Assembly: GCA_973895155.1 (NCBI GenBank) | Contig: OZ316899.1 | Span: forward strand, 11,399,675-11,463,674 | Direction of reading: 5' to 3' | DNA: 64,000 nt | From: Marsupella aquatica | Lineage: Eukaryota > Plantae > Marchantiophyta | Shown here: piece after piece, positions 36,840 to 49,245 of the stretch | How positions within the stretch are numbered: position 1 is the first letter of the stretch | Layout of the letters: each line of letters opens with the position of its first letter | The notes under the pieces: model-generated | Told to the model about the DNA's origin: nothing | The model's input: only the letters and a program-made list of their open reading frames with translations | The model's database searches: none | Position numbers and translations under genes: made by a program

Positions 36840-37215
36840 GAGGACACGAGGCCCTATGGCAAATTAAGAGGAGGGGAGGGGAGTACACATTAAAGTAGGG
36901 GGAGTCTCCTACAGGGCACAAAGCAGCATTAAAGCAGGGGGAGACGGAACCAAGGCAGGAGCGCAAGGAGAGGGCACGAGGCCCTATGAAGATTTAAAGA
37001 GGGAGGGGGAGTTAACATCGACCCCCTTCAGGAGTCCTTCTGTAGGGCACGGAGCCCACTGTCAACATTGAAGAGGGGGGGAGTACACTTGACTCCTCTC
37101 ACGAGAGTCTTTTGCCAGGGCACGAGGCCCAAATTGCATTGAAGGAGAGGAGGGGGGGAGTTTGTAGCCCCTTTTTGGGAGCACATAAGGTGGGGCACGA
37201 AGCCCTATGGAGGGC
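36840..37215 (+). repeat. Degenerate repeats with core GGGCACGAGGCCC(TATGG), 5 copies, in the 5' leader
   Basis: Cores near 36842, 36973, 37045, 37118 and 37193, most followed by AAGAGGGG-rich tracts. Confidence 0.7.
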
Positions 37216-38029
37216 TCATGCCATTAAGAGGGCCCGGTTTCTTTTGCCCCACCTCGCGATGGCTTTTCTCCTCTTTCCGGCCACCTGCGAGCCTGCCTCG
37301 GCTAATTTCCCCTTTTTTGGCCTTTCTCGCTTTTTTGCCGCGCGACGATCGACCTGCTGCCAGTTCCTGGGTCCACATCGGGCCGATGTGTATACACTTA
37401 AGGGGGGCCCTTTCACGTGTTGTAGGGCCCATTTCTTTCCGTTTGCTCCTACCTTGTTCTCGATTATGTGCATAGGGCACCATGCCGGCCGGTCCTTCCG
37501 TGTTTGGGTCCACATAGGGGCCCGAGGTATACATTTTAGGGCCCTCTTTCACATTTTAGGGGCCCGTTTTCCTCGGATTCTTTTGCGGCCGCTGACATCA
37601 GGTCATCTGCATACGGCTGCAGGTCCGGTGTATACACATCTGACGGTCAATTTGGCATATACATCAACAAACGCACAGGGGGCTAAATTTGCATTTTTAA
37701 GGGTACTTTTTCTCCGACGGTTTTTCAACGGTGATAGTTTTTCTGTGTGTTTACACATTTGCACCTTGTTGGTACATTTGGGATTGCAACACAGTATCTC
37801 AGCAGACGAGCCGGGAGGTAGCAGCACATCGTCACCAACACCCAAGTACCATTTACGGAGTGATCCACGACCATTGGTGCCAATTTCATTGGAGTCTCGG
37901 CAATTTTGACAACGTCCACAGATACCAGCGGCACCCACACCACGCAATCCTTCTGCTCAATTTGGCGGTCACTTCACCACTACTCCAAAGCCTGCTATCA
38001 CTTCATTGCCATTTACCCCTTCTGCATCC

Positions 38030-39078
38030 ATGGTTGTTCCTGCTTCACCGACATACAACATGGACGCCAGCCACTCATCTGGCCGCATTGAACGCTTCAG
38101 CGGGCGGCCAGGCACTGTTTCTTTGCGTGAGTTCAAATCCACTTTCTACACTGTCATTTACGAATTGGAGTTGAAGTATGGCAGCAATTTCACAAATGCT
38201 TTTGCATTTAAACAGCTAGCCAGGTATGTGCACCACGAGGCTTTGGATGTGTATGAGCAGCACTCTCAACGGCTGCTTGTGTCACACAATTGCCTAACCC
38301 TGTCTATGCCACTGCAATTGCGGTTGCCTCACAACTGGCATTACAGAATGCCATTGTAGCCCATGCTGCTGCTCCTGCCACTTCCCCTCCTACTCCAGTT
38401 CCCACCACTGCACCAGTTACTTCCACTGTCTTGGCACAGGCTACATCAGGTATTTCTCCCACCATTGATTCCCCTGCCTTTGCTGATCCAGTGGCTGAGT
38501 TTTCCCAGGTTCTTGAATTGGAATTCCCAATCAAGAGTGCTGACAAAATCATGCAGTTGGCCACCTTTGTGAGGCAGCGTGATGAAACATTGAAGATGAT
38601 GTATTGCCAGCTTCTCAAGCGGAAGGAGGACACCCAGAGCATCACTGACCTGGAGGCTGCTCATCACTATCTTCATGCATTGGAGGGCACACCAGCTCTC
38701 CATTTGCAAGTGTTGCAGCAAGTATTCTTAGAGTTTGGATACAGCTACACACTGCTCAATGTCTATGACACTACTGAGAAACTTGAGTTGGCCCATGCAC
38801 ATTATGAGGCCAGTATTGCGCGTCCATCGCGATCCAGGTACCAGGCTGCTGCCCCTACACTGGCCACTCCTTCCCATGTGCCACAATATGGTTCCAAGAC
38901 CAAGCCAGCACATGCTGCTTTCATGCTGCCATTTTGCAACTATTGTGGTAACCCTAATCACAAGGCTAATGAATGTGATATTGTTGCTGAGGACCTGTCT
39001 TGTGATTTTTGCGGGAAAGTGGGCCACTTGGAGGCAGTTTGTTTTGCCAAATTCCCAGAGAGGAAGCAACTACGTTAG
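38030..39078 (+). pseudogene. gag with two CCHC zinc knuckles
   Basis: IERFSG capsid-like start; frameshift near 38285; CNYCGNPNHKANEC and CDFCGKVGHLEAVC. Confidence 0.85.
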
Positions 39079-40203
39079 CAGGCCACTCATCCTGCTCTTG
39101 TTTCCACTCCCCCACCAGCTAGGAGGGCTCCTACTGCATCAGTTGCTCCTCCTTCTAGTGGCAAAGCACCCGACGCTAACAAATTGCCCAAGCAGCAACA
39201 GAAGCAACTAGCTCAGAAGGAGGCTCACAACGCACAAGCAACTCAACTCCAGTCTCTGACTCATGAGGTTGAGTCCCTACGTGCCCAACTTGCCAACATC
39301 AAAGGCAAGTCAACTGCCTCTGTTGGTCCTTCTCAACCGGCTGGTCACGTGCAACCCATCCCTGGCCCAGGCACCACTGATAGTTCAGCACCTCTACCCC
39401 GCTCTTTTTATGGCTTGCCATTTGATGCTCATATGGGTGAGTGTGTGCTATCCTCTGCTACACAGCCTGGCCTTACCGCAGAATTTTCAGATTCATTATG
39501 CCCTTCCTATTTTGCTTACCATCAGGCCAGTGTTGCCTCCCGTACTGCTCCCACATGCCGCATTGTACAGGCTGATGGTCTTGCTGCCGGTCCTATAACT
39601 AGAGCCAGGGGAGCTCGGGCTGTCATGCCCCAATCGTTTCAATCGCTCACACTTGCTGAAGAGCACACCTTGTTGGCGAGGGGGGAGGGAGCTGCAGCTA
39701 CATCCATTCCACCACCAGGTGCTGCTGACATTTCACAGGGAGTTGTTTCTCCTGAGCTGCTTGAGCATTTCACCTCCGGTATGGCACAAAGGATTCTTAC
39801 AACTCCACTTTTCAGTTGCCATGATTTACAACTGGATGCTAGAGCTGTCATGAGAGCGCTAGAGGGCTCACTGCATTCTTCATCAGCCCTTGTGCCACCG
39901 GTTTTGGAGGTCCAATCTCATGTACATGCTGGATCTTCTTCTTCTCCATTACATGCTTCCACTGGTTTGGCTATCCCAGTACCAATTTCTTGTGGTAGAG
40001 ATGACAGTATTGCTGCAGATTGTGTGACCAGAGCTACACTTGATTCTGGTCATGCTGCTCCATCTTTCCTGGCTATGCTGTTGAGTGAGAAGACCGTGGA
40101 CACTAACTCCCTTCACAAGGTACCTCATCATTTGCCAAAAGTGGTGCCTAGTGACAGGACTTTAGTTTCCACCACCATTGCCATTGTTGACAACAGGAAT
40201 TAA

Positions 40204-40600
40204 GTGGTCAAGTTGGAGGGTCACACTCCTCAGGTGGTCATGCTAGACACAGGCGCTCAACCAGAGATATTGGGCATTCAGTTTGCCAAGAAGATGAGAC
40301 TGCTGATTGATCATTTACAACAATCCAGGTGGCACATTCGGACTGCTAGTGGCACTGTGGAGGATGTGCTGGGTGAGAGTTCTACTTTACTCACTCTCAC
40401 TTTTAATGGAGGTACAGATCAGGAATTGCATTTCCCAGTCAGATATTTGGTTACCAATGCCACTACGTATGATGTGCTCATTGGCCAGGAGGCTTTGTTC
40501 CCACCAGGTTTTACCATTGACAACTGGCATGAGCATGCGTACTACAGAGTTGATTGGCATACGGATGGCTCACACTTGGGCTACATTCCACTTGATTTGC
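40204..40600 (+). pseudogene. Retropepsin aspartic protease domain
   Basis: VMLDTGAQ, IRTASG, YDVLIG. Confidence 0.88.
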
Positions 40601-40911
40601 ATGGTGCCCATACACCTATGGCTCACCACTGTGTGTTGAAAGCAGTGCACACAGCTACCTATGTCAACCACCCATTGCAGGATTGGATTGAGGAGGATGA
40701 TGATGAGGTGGCTACTGCACATGCTGCTGCACGTATAGCAACACTTTCCAGCAACGTGGATCATCAACCAGAGGTGGTACAACGGCTCCAAGCAGCCCAT
40801 GGACCTTTGGTGGCTGCATTGCGCAAATTTGAGGACCTTGGGCAGCACAATGGCCAACCAATAGCCCCAATCTTGAGCGCACCAGTTACATGGACTCCTC
40901 CTTCAAATGGC

Positions 40912-41850
40912 CTTACATTGCTTGAGATTTTTGGTGGCATTTCTATAGGCCTAGAAGCTCTCCTACAGTCTGGCATGGTGGTGAAGCAGTACATCTATGT
41001 GGATATTGATCCAGGTGCAAGGCAAGTGGTTGAATCTCGTCTGCTGGAATTTTCAAAGTGATTTCCCCAGCAGTTTCCACACAGTGCATGGAAGTCTGCA
41101 TTTTCTTTCTTCCCTCCAGATATCCAGCTTGTCTAGCACCGGCACTTAACCCTTCTTGGCTCCCTTGATTTGATCATAGCTGGTTGGGAATGCCAAGGGT
41201 TTTTAGCTGCTGGTCACGGTGCTGGACTGCATGATTCTCGTTATGGCCTTTTCACAACATTGGTTCAGGTTTTCACCTGGGCTCAATCTCTTTAATTACC
41301 CTGCTATTGGTTATATCATTGAGAATACTCCATCTCAATTTGACCAGCGTCCACAGGTCAAAGAGGATTCAGTGTGGTCCAGCACTACTTGGGACCACCC
41401 CTTCTCATTGATGCAGTGCACTGTGGTTCTTATGCACATCGTCTTCGTAAGTTTTGGACTAACCTTGCACCACCTTCCTTGCTGGAGTTAGCTCTTCACC
41501 ACACATCCAGGGACACTAACCTCACAGTGGACCAGATTTTGGATCCTGAAAATTCTTGCCAACCAGTTACACGGCAAGAGCCAGCACCTTGGTATCCAGC
41601 CAATACCATTGGACAGCCCCGTGCTGCTTGGCCTACATTTGTATCATTTCCAGGTGCACATGCCTTTCAGGGTGATGGTCTTGGCCTGGTTTATCAACAT
41701 TCTATCGGTACTTGGGATGAACCTAGTCCTGAGGAGAGAGAACGGGCTATGGGCTTCCAATTTGGTACTACAGGCCACACCCAAATCACCAGGCTGGTCA
41801 GGAATGCTTTACTTGGCAGGGTAATGGATCTTAATGCTCTCACTTGGCTT
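40912..41850 (+). pseudogene. C5-cytosine DNA methyltransferase domain within pol
   Basis: Motif I LLEIFGGISIG; II YVDID; IV DLIIAGWECQGF; V GLHDSRYGLF; VI YIIENTP; VIII AHRLRKFWTNL; IX EERERAMGF; X RNALLGRVMD. Disrupted by stops and frameshifts at about 41059-41380. Confidence 0.9.
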
Positions 41851-42189
41851 CTGGTCACTTGCATCCTTTTTCAGATGTACATTCATCCAGCATCTGGAGT
41901 TCCAGCTCTACCACTCCATGGTGCTGCTACATGGCATCCAGACCAGGTGCACTTACCTCTATTCAACACTCACCGCTGTAGTCCAAGTGTTGGGGGGGAG
42001 GAGGTCCCTTGTAACGTGGCTGACAATATTTCTGAGTTTCATGGTGTGGACCAACTCAGATCAGCAGGTACAACAGGCCTTGGAGAGGCCTCATCACCTT
42101 ATCAACAACATGCTAGCAGCTTGGACAGTGGAGAGGCTAGCACTTCTGGCTCTTCAAGCACGAGTACATCAGGTCCTATTCCTAGTGTT

Positions 42190-44880
42190 GCCAACTACAC
42201 ATTCATCATGGGCAACCACCTGAGTAAAAGACAGAAGGACCAGCTGCTGAATTTGCTCCTCAAGCATGAGAACGTGTTTGCTTTCTCTATGAAGGACTTG
42301 GGTAAGTGCAAGACTATGCAGTTCTCCATTGAGTTGGCTAATGAAACACCTATCTTCAGGCGGAGACACCGTTTGAGTAAGCATGAGTGGCAGCTGGTGG
42401 ATGAGAGGTGCCAAGAGCTCTATGAAGCTGCTCTTATTCAGCCATCTACATCAGATTTTGCAGCAGCTACAGTGATGCCAGCAAAGAAGGATTCCAGTGG
42501 ATTATGGACAGAGAAGCGCATGTGTGGGGACTACAGGCCACTGAACCTGGTCACACCCCAGGATAGGTACCCCATGCCACGGCCAGAGGAGCTATTTGAC
42601 AGCATTGGAGACTCAGACATCTTCACTCTTGTGGATCTAAGGCAAGGCTTTAACCAGATTTTGCTGCTTGCAAAGGACCGCAAGAAAACAGCTTTCCATG
42701 GTAGTAACCAACTATGGGAGTGGTTAGTGATGCCATTTGGCTTGAAGAATGCGCCCATATTCTTTCAAAGAGTCATGGACCAGGTTCTTCAAGGTGCTGA
42801 GTTTCTAAAATGCTACATTGATGATGTGTTGGTCCACAACAAAGGATTTGACCAGCATCTACTTGACCTTGAGGAGCTATTCATGAGGCTTAAGAAGGTG
42901 AACCTAAAGATACACCCCAAGAAGTGTGAATATGCTGTCAAATTAGTAGTATACCTTGGGCACCGCATTCTTCCAAATGGAACCATGGCTCACTAGGCCA
43001 AGGTGGTATCCATCTTGGAAATGCCCACTCCTACCGATGTTCACACTTTGAGGAGTTTTATTGGGTTGTGCAATTACTACCGGATCTACATCAAAGATTT
43101 CAGCACCATTGCACACCCATTGTATGCTTTGTTGAAAAAGAATGTGACTTGGACATTGAGTACAGATGCTGAGGCAGCATTTGCCACTTTGAAGGAGAAG
43201 CTCTTAGAATACCCGGTGCTGAGAAGACCTGATTTCAGCAAGGTCTTTGTGCTACACACAGATTAGAGTGCCCTTGGGATTGGTGCCATTTTTGGCCAGC
43301 ATGATGAGGAAGGTAAAGAGTACGTCATTGCCTATGCATCCAGGAGCAACAATCAGGCAGAGAGTCATTATTCTTTGTATGAGGGTGAATGCCTTGCTGT
43401 TGTGTGGGCTATCATACATTACAGGCCTACCTCTATGGGACCAGGTTTGTCCTCTACACCGACCACCAGCCCTTGAAGTGGTTGATGACCAACGACAAAC
43501 TTACTGGCAAGCTTGCTCGTTGGGCGCTCATACTCCAGGAGTATGATTTTGAGGTAATTCATAGGCCTGGTGTGACACATCAAAATGCTGACACTATGTC
43601 CCGCAGCCCTTTGATTGCCTTTGATGATTCCTTAGATGCACGGCAGGATTTTGACCAGGTTTCTATCCTGTCTACATTTCATGCATCTACCTATCTTGCT
43701 TTGCTGCCATGCTACGTTGTTGACCAACCTGTGGTGGACATATGGGAGGACAGCGACACTCTGAGATTTTTGCAGCATGGGGAGTACCCCATACATGTTA
43801 CTGCAACCCAGAGAGACCAAATTCAGCAAAGGTCCAAGCATTACTTGTGGAAGGGAGATCACCTCGTGCGTTGCTTGCCAGACAGGGAAGTGGTGGTTCC
43901 ACCCATTCATGAGAGGGTTGGCCTTATTCGTAAGGTACATTCTGAGCTTGGTCATTTTGGCGTTAAGAGGACTTACAGCCTCTTGGTCCCTCATTATCAT
44001 TGGAGAGGCATGCATGGCCAGGTTTGAGATGTTATTGCCCGGTGTGAACAGTGTGATAGGGTGAGGACTTCTTTCACATCTCGGCAACCCACACTTCATC
44101 CTATTTAGGGCATGTTTTATTGTTGGTCATGTGATTTGGCTGGAGAATTACCCCTCACGTCTTGGGGTAATCTCTACATTTATATCATGATAGAGCATTT
44201 CTCCAAGTGGATAGAACTTGTGGCATTGCCAGATAAGACCTCCCGTAGCACCAGCCAGGCATTCTTGCAACAAGTTCTCAGCCACTTTGGAGCTTGTGCA
44301 GAATGTCTTGCTGACCAGGGCTCAGAGTTTAGAGGAGAGTTCCAGGAGCTGCTTGATCAGGCCCTCATTGATCATCGCCGGACATCACGAGATCACCCAC
44401 AGGCAGATGGCTTGGCAGAGCGCATGGTTCAGACATGCAAGAAGGGCCTCCGAAAGATCTGCCTCACCAAAAACAAGGAGGATTGGGACCTGGCCTTACC
44501 CTACATTGCCATGGATGTCTAGACATGCATCATTGTCTAACTTTTCTCCCTACTTCTTGTTGTTTGGTCATCACCCAGTTCCACCTTTTGCTATTGCTGC
44601 TCACATGCTTCAGGTGGTGGACTTGGATTCAGCTGTGACTTGGTCTGCTGTGATCTCTAAGAGGGCTGCCCTATTCAGGAGGGTTATGCCCATGGCCATG
44701 GAGAATTTGGCCATTGCACAACACAAGGACACATTGCGTTATGCACACACACGAGGGAGCACTTTTCAGTCCAAGGTCAAGAAGTTTGATGTGGAAGATT
44801 TTGTGTACTTGCAGCGGCAAGCTAACGACACCCTGGACACCTCTACCACTCGTACTATTCTTAGGGTTAAAGCTATTTGA
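42190..44880 (+). pseudogene. RT, RNase H and DDE integrase
   Basis: RMCGDYRPLN, MPFGLKNAP, YIDD; LHTD, YTDHQPL, NADTMSR; HSELGHFG...CEQC, SCDLAG, DQGSEF, DGLAER. Confidence 0.95.
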
Positions 44881-45017
44881 CCGTCTGGAGTGCTAGAGTT
44901 ACAAGGGGCAGATGGGCGCACAATTGCTGACAATGCCAAGAATTGCGCCCCTTGTCATCTGCCTAACCTGGATCCCACCATTGTGACTTCTACCTGGATT
45001 CTACCTGTGGACTACCC

Positions 45018-45171
45018 TTGCAAAGTGTGTTTGCAAATTGATGATGCTGACCAGATGCTGCTGTGTGATAATTGCAATGGAGGATACCATCGTTTTTGCC
45101 TTCGGCCTGAACTTACCCAGGTGCCAGAAGGGTTATGGTTTTGCCCTTCCTGTGCTCCACATGCTACCTGA
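45018..45171 (+). CDS. PHD finger at the integrase C-terminus
   Basis: C4HC3: CKVC...MLLCDNCNGGYHRFCLRPELTQVPEGLWFCPSC. Confidence 0.93.
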
Positions 45172-45203
45172 CTTTTCTTCAGCCCTCCTTTTGGCTGTGG
45201 TCT

Positions 45204-45214
45204 GGGGGGGGGGG
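45204..45214 (+). promoter_or_regulatory. Polypurine tract (G11) directly before repeat B1
   Basis: G-run 33 nt after the pol stop, abutting B1. Confidence 0.7.
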
Positions 45215-45924
45215 TACAAAGGTTTACACCTCCACTACGTACATACCACCTCAGTTGCTTTTTCTTGGCACTTGTGAATGTGATTGGACTTTTTCTAAGG
45301 ATGTTGGTTGCTAGCAGCTTGCACATATGCATTGCCGATGACTTGTATGTTTTCGATACACCATGGCTACGATACTATATGTCACGACAGTTTTCATGCT
45401 GAGGGACAGTGCCTCTTGTGCACATCGGCATGTCCCTCGCATGCCCGCTAGGTATGTAGTTAGGGCTAGTGTACTACTTGAGTTAGTGTCATGTTCTTGT
45501 AGCGAGTCTGGGCCATTCTTGAAGCAAAGGTGTTTGTTAGTGTGATGCCTGGACATGGTCCTACTTAGGGCATGTTTTTCTTTGCCATTTTTAGTTCTTC
45601 TTGAATCGCTATTGACAAAGCTCAGACAGTGCTCGTCGGTTCCTACACGGGATTCACACAGTGATTCGTTAGATGCTCCCGGCCGATCTTGGCATCCCGC
45701 TAGTTTTCAATTTGATTTCAGTACGATTGTTTCTCTTACGCCTTTTATATACAGAGGTTTACACCTCCACTACGTACATACCACCTCAGTTGCTTTTTCT
45801 TGACACTTGTGAATGTGATTGGACTTTTTCTAAGGATGTTGGTTGCTAGCAGCTTGCACATATGCATTGCCAATGACTTGTATGTTTTTGATACACTATG
45901 GCTACGATACTATATGTCACGACA
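45215..45924 (+). repeat. 3' repeat block: B1 (45215-45389), GT, A2 (45392-45748), B2 (45750-45924)
   Basis: B1 and B2 are 175-bp direct repeats ending TGTCACGACA; A2 matches A1. Confidence 0.95.
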
Positions 45925-46931
45925 CCATTCTGAAATGGAGGTGTGAGTGTCGCGCCCCTAACCCGGGCCTTAAATCCGGTTTAGTTCCATGCGGCGACTT
46001 TGACCACCAGTAGGGGTGAGGGTTTGGGCAAGGAGGTGTGTAGTGGCCTTGATTGACCCTAAGTTGGGCTAAGGCAATATACTTACTGGTATAACACTCA
46101 CGCAACTCGGACTAGTCATAGGTATGTTTGTTTTCCACCGCTGGAATATCCCCACAGTTAGTGACTCGGACTAACTCCCGGCTTGGGGCTTTCAAGCCAT
46201 CGATGCGACAGAACCTTGTGACATGCAATGGGTGGCAATCCCTACCATTAGTCCGCACCCGGTACGTCCCTTGAAATAGCGCCTTTGCCCATACAAAGCA
46301 TACACACAACACCAGTTACTCGCAAAAACATTAGAGGGAAAAGACTATATTTACTCAATGAAGAATTAGTTTACATAGTTGACTCGACTTCTAAGGGGGT
46401 CAGCAGGCCTAACGGCAGTCAATGCCCAGTCTCTACGAGGCCCCACCCCGCACCTGCCCAACAAGCTTGACTCTGGCTCTCACTCCTTGGTGCGCTCTGA
46501 CCCTGCTTAGGCCGGGACTCCCCGTGCCTCGCCTTTCCTTACGCTGAGATAACTAAGCCTTCTCCCCCTTCCCACAGCGAAAGGGGAAGCCTAAATACTA
46601 CATTCGCGGAAAGGAACCGGGGGATACTACCTTCCGGGGTAATGCCTACTGACTAACTACCCTCTGACTAGCCGGCCGCACTCCTCTGACCGGTTGACCG
46701 TTGACGACAAGGGCGCTGACCGGAATGGCATTAGCTAAGTCTACTGACCAAAATCTAGTTGATGGTCTCTATCCTACGTTGGCTGATCCTAACTGATCTG
46801 CTCCTAATTCTTCCTATTGTGCCACTAATTGGCGCCTAGTGACAGCTATTCTGTCGTTACGCCTAACCAGAAGATGCCGCTGACTCAACCACCTTGCACG
46901 GCGCCTGCTTCCTCACTTTGCTAACCACCCC

Positions 46932-49245
46932 TTACGTGCGAGCCGTGGTCGGACCAGGGTTTGTCCCCCTGTCAGGGCAAGACCTCGAGCCACCTTGATC
47001 AGAGGTGGGCCCAGGTCTTCCCCGCTGGAGGACGAGTAGGGTAATGCGGTCCTGCAAGGCCTTGTTGTCCTGCACCGCCTCCTCCGCCTCATTTGCAGCT
47101 TCGTCGACCTCTGTTTGGAGCCGTGCTACCTCCAGGTTGAGCTGGTCGATGGAGTCACGATGGGTCTGGTCCTGCGCCAACAATTTATCCCGTTCGGCGG
47201 AGAGACTAGCTACCTGCTGAGCTGTTTGTAGGAATTGGTTGTTGAGGTCGGTCAGGTTGGTAACCCGGGCTGAGGATTCCGATCGCAACTAAAGCACGGT
47301 ATCGTCCATCTTCTTGAGATCCGCTCGCGCCTTGCTTAACTCCTAGGTTAGTCCGTCCTGCTGTTCAACGGTGCGGACTAACTCCTCACGGCGGGTAGTG
47401 GCCTCCTCCTCGAGGTGTTCTACTAGCATTTGGAGGCACCCGATCTCATTCCCCTTTGCCATGAGTTCTTCTTCCAAGCAGCTTACGATCTGTGGTTGGT
47501 GCTCTAACATGAAGAAGGCTGGTTGAAAGTACGCTGAGACTTGTTGTTCGATGTACGTTGCCAGCTCCGTTGATAGAGTCTGACTAATCTTCTGGACCAG
47601 GTCGTAGGCCATGGTCCCTGGGGCTACTTGGTAGTCCTCCATCCTCTCGGGTACCGGTGGTTCCTCGGGCGGGGCAACGAGCTCCTCCGTAGTCTGCGCT
47701 GGGGAGGGGAAGGTTTCTTCAGGTGGTGGAGGGATTGGAGGTGGTTGTATTGGGGGTAGCGGAGGCTCGAGAGAAGGGGGCGGCGGAATTTCAACCCAGG
47801 GAGGTGACGGAGTATTAGTCGGGGCTTCCGGCTCGGGGTTTGCCCGAGGCGAGGTAGTCTGCTCGTTCAGGGTAGCCTCCTCCATAGCGGGGTGACATTA
47901 GTCGGGGCTGAGGTGGCCATATTCTTTCCCCTGGCCTCCCGCCGTGCCTTGTACCAGGCGAGGATGATGGCGATATGACTTCCCAGGTAAGTCTTCCCCC
48001 TATAGCCATACCTCCCTGAGCCCGCTTAAGCTCTCCCGAGAACCTTCGATAAAAGAATTGGGCCCAGTTTCGCCGTTTGTACTGTTCCACCTGCACGATC
48101 GTGCAGAGGGAGATCCCGGATCGTGGCTCAATCATGTGTAGGGTAGTCCGTATGAAGTTAAGCCGCTCCATGCAGATTAAGTTGGTGCACGACCCCTGCT
48201 TGTATCCGTTGTCCACCTTACCTTTGGGTTTGAAGTGCCGAGGTGTATACTCCTTATCCCGAATTTGGAGTTCAACCGGCATTGGCCCGATTGGCAGGCA
48301 GAAGATCTGTGCTAACCGATGTTCCGTGAGTGATAAGGTCTGCCCTAAAACCTTAGTGGTCGATGCGTCGGTGTTGAAATTGGAGATGAACTCACAAATC
48401 TCCTTTGGCCCGGCCGCGCACGGTCTCCATAGCAAGTGAGCGAACTGATCCAACTGATGCTCCTTGAGATAGTCCGCGTGGTCGAGTTTCTTGATCGCAA
48501 TCCAGACTACCTCGGGAACACGGATTACCTGTAATAAGTTAGACTTGGGATTATCCGGGGGCCGTCGGGTCTGGTTGGCCGGGGGGTTTGTCGGGGCAGG
48601 TGCAGGAGCGGCTTTGGTTCGCATTGTCGATTCGAGGGCCGGCGTCGTTCTTACCCGCTTACAAGAACGCTGCTCGAGATGCGGACTAACTCGCTCAAAA
48701 CCCAAAGAATACTCGGTGTTGTTCACGGGACAGACTTGGGACCGGTTTGGAGGTACGCCGATGGTCATCGGCTGAGGCGCTGGTGGTGTCGGTGTAGCCA
48801 TATCCCAGTTAAAGGCGTTGGAGCTTTCCCCGGGGAACATAAGATTACACACCGCTTCCTGTTGTCTGCTGATGTCTTCTTGGCGCTTTTCGGCTGCGAT
48901 CTGCTGGTCTAGGTACCCCGGGATCTTGTCAAACTTTGCTTTTTGCCTGTGCTACCTTGGCCACCAACTTTGCGTATCTTCTTTCGTAAGCGGCTTTCTC
49001 GGGACAAGAGTACCAGTAAGTCTCGGTGAACTTAGCACCTACCTCGCCAAACAAGGTCCAGAATCCCAAGGCTGTAAGGGTCATACTAACCTTTGTAGTC
49101 TGGTTCGTCGAGTCCGCGTTCCCGCTGTTCGGTGCGCTTACTGGTGGAGGCCTTCCTCACCCCGACTAAATCTTGCCACAACCCGCTCTTATCCCTCAAT
49201 GATCTCCTCGTAAAGGTTAGCTTGATTCGAGCAAGAAGGCGAGAG
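46932..49245 (-). pseudogene. LTR-encoded ORF-A and coiled-coil ORF-B (family C)
   Basis: EFISNF...VLGQTLSLTEHRLAQIFCLP...NGYKQGSCTNLICMERLNFIRTTLH; then a Pro-rich and heptad-rich ORF at 47885-46932. Confidence 0.75.

Larger units (their letters stand above)
35989..45924 (+). mobile_element. Ty3/Gypsy retrotransposon with C5-DNA methyltransferase and PHD finger, bounded by split direct repeats (A...B-A-B), 9936 bp
   Basis: Ends TGTCATG...CACGACA; CCAT duplicated at 35985-35988 and 45925-45928; gag-PR-DNMT-RT-RH-INT-PHD order. Confidence 0.92.

Noticed and set aside
37112-37909. 265-aa ORF upstream of gag
   Set aside because: Non-ATG start in a repeat-rich leader, no recognisable domain; likely spurious.
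35989-45924. DIRS/Ngaro tyrosine-recombinase element, suggested by the split repeats and a methyltransferase
   Set aside because: No R-H-R-Y recombinase ORF; it has a protease and HHCC/DDE integrase in Gypsy order, and the MTase is C5-type.
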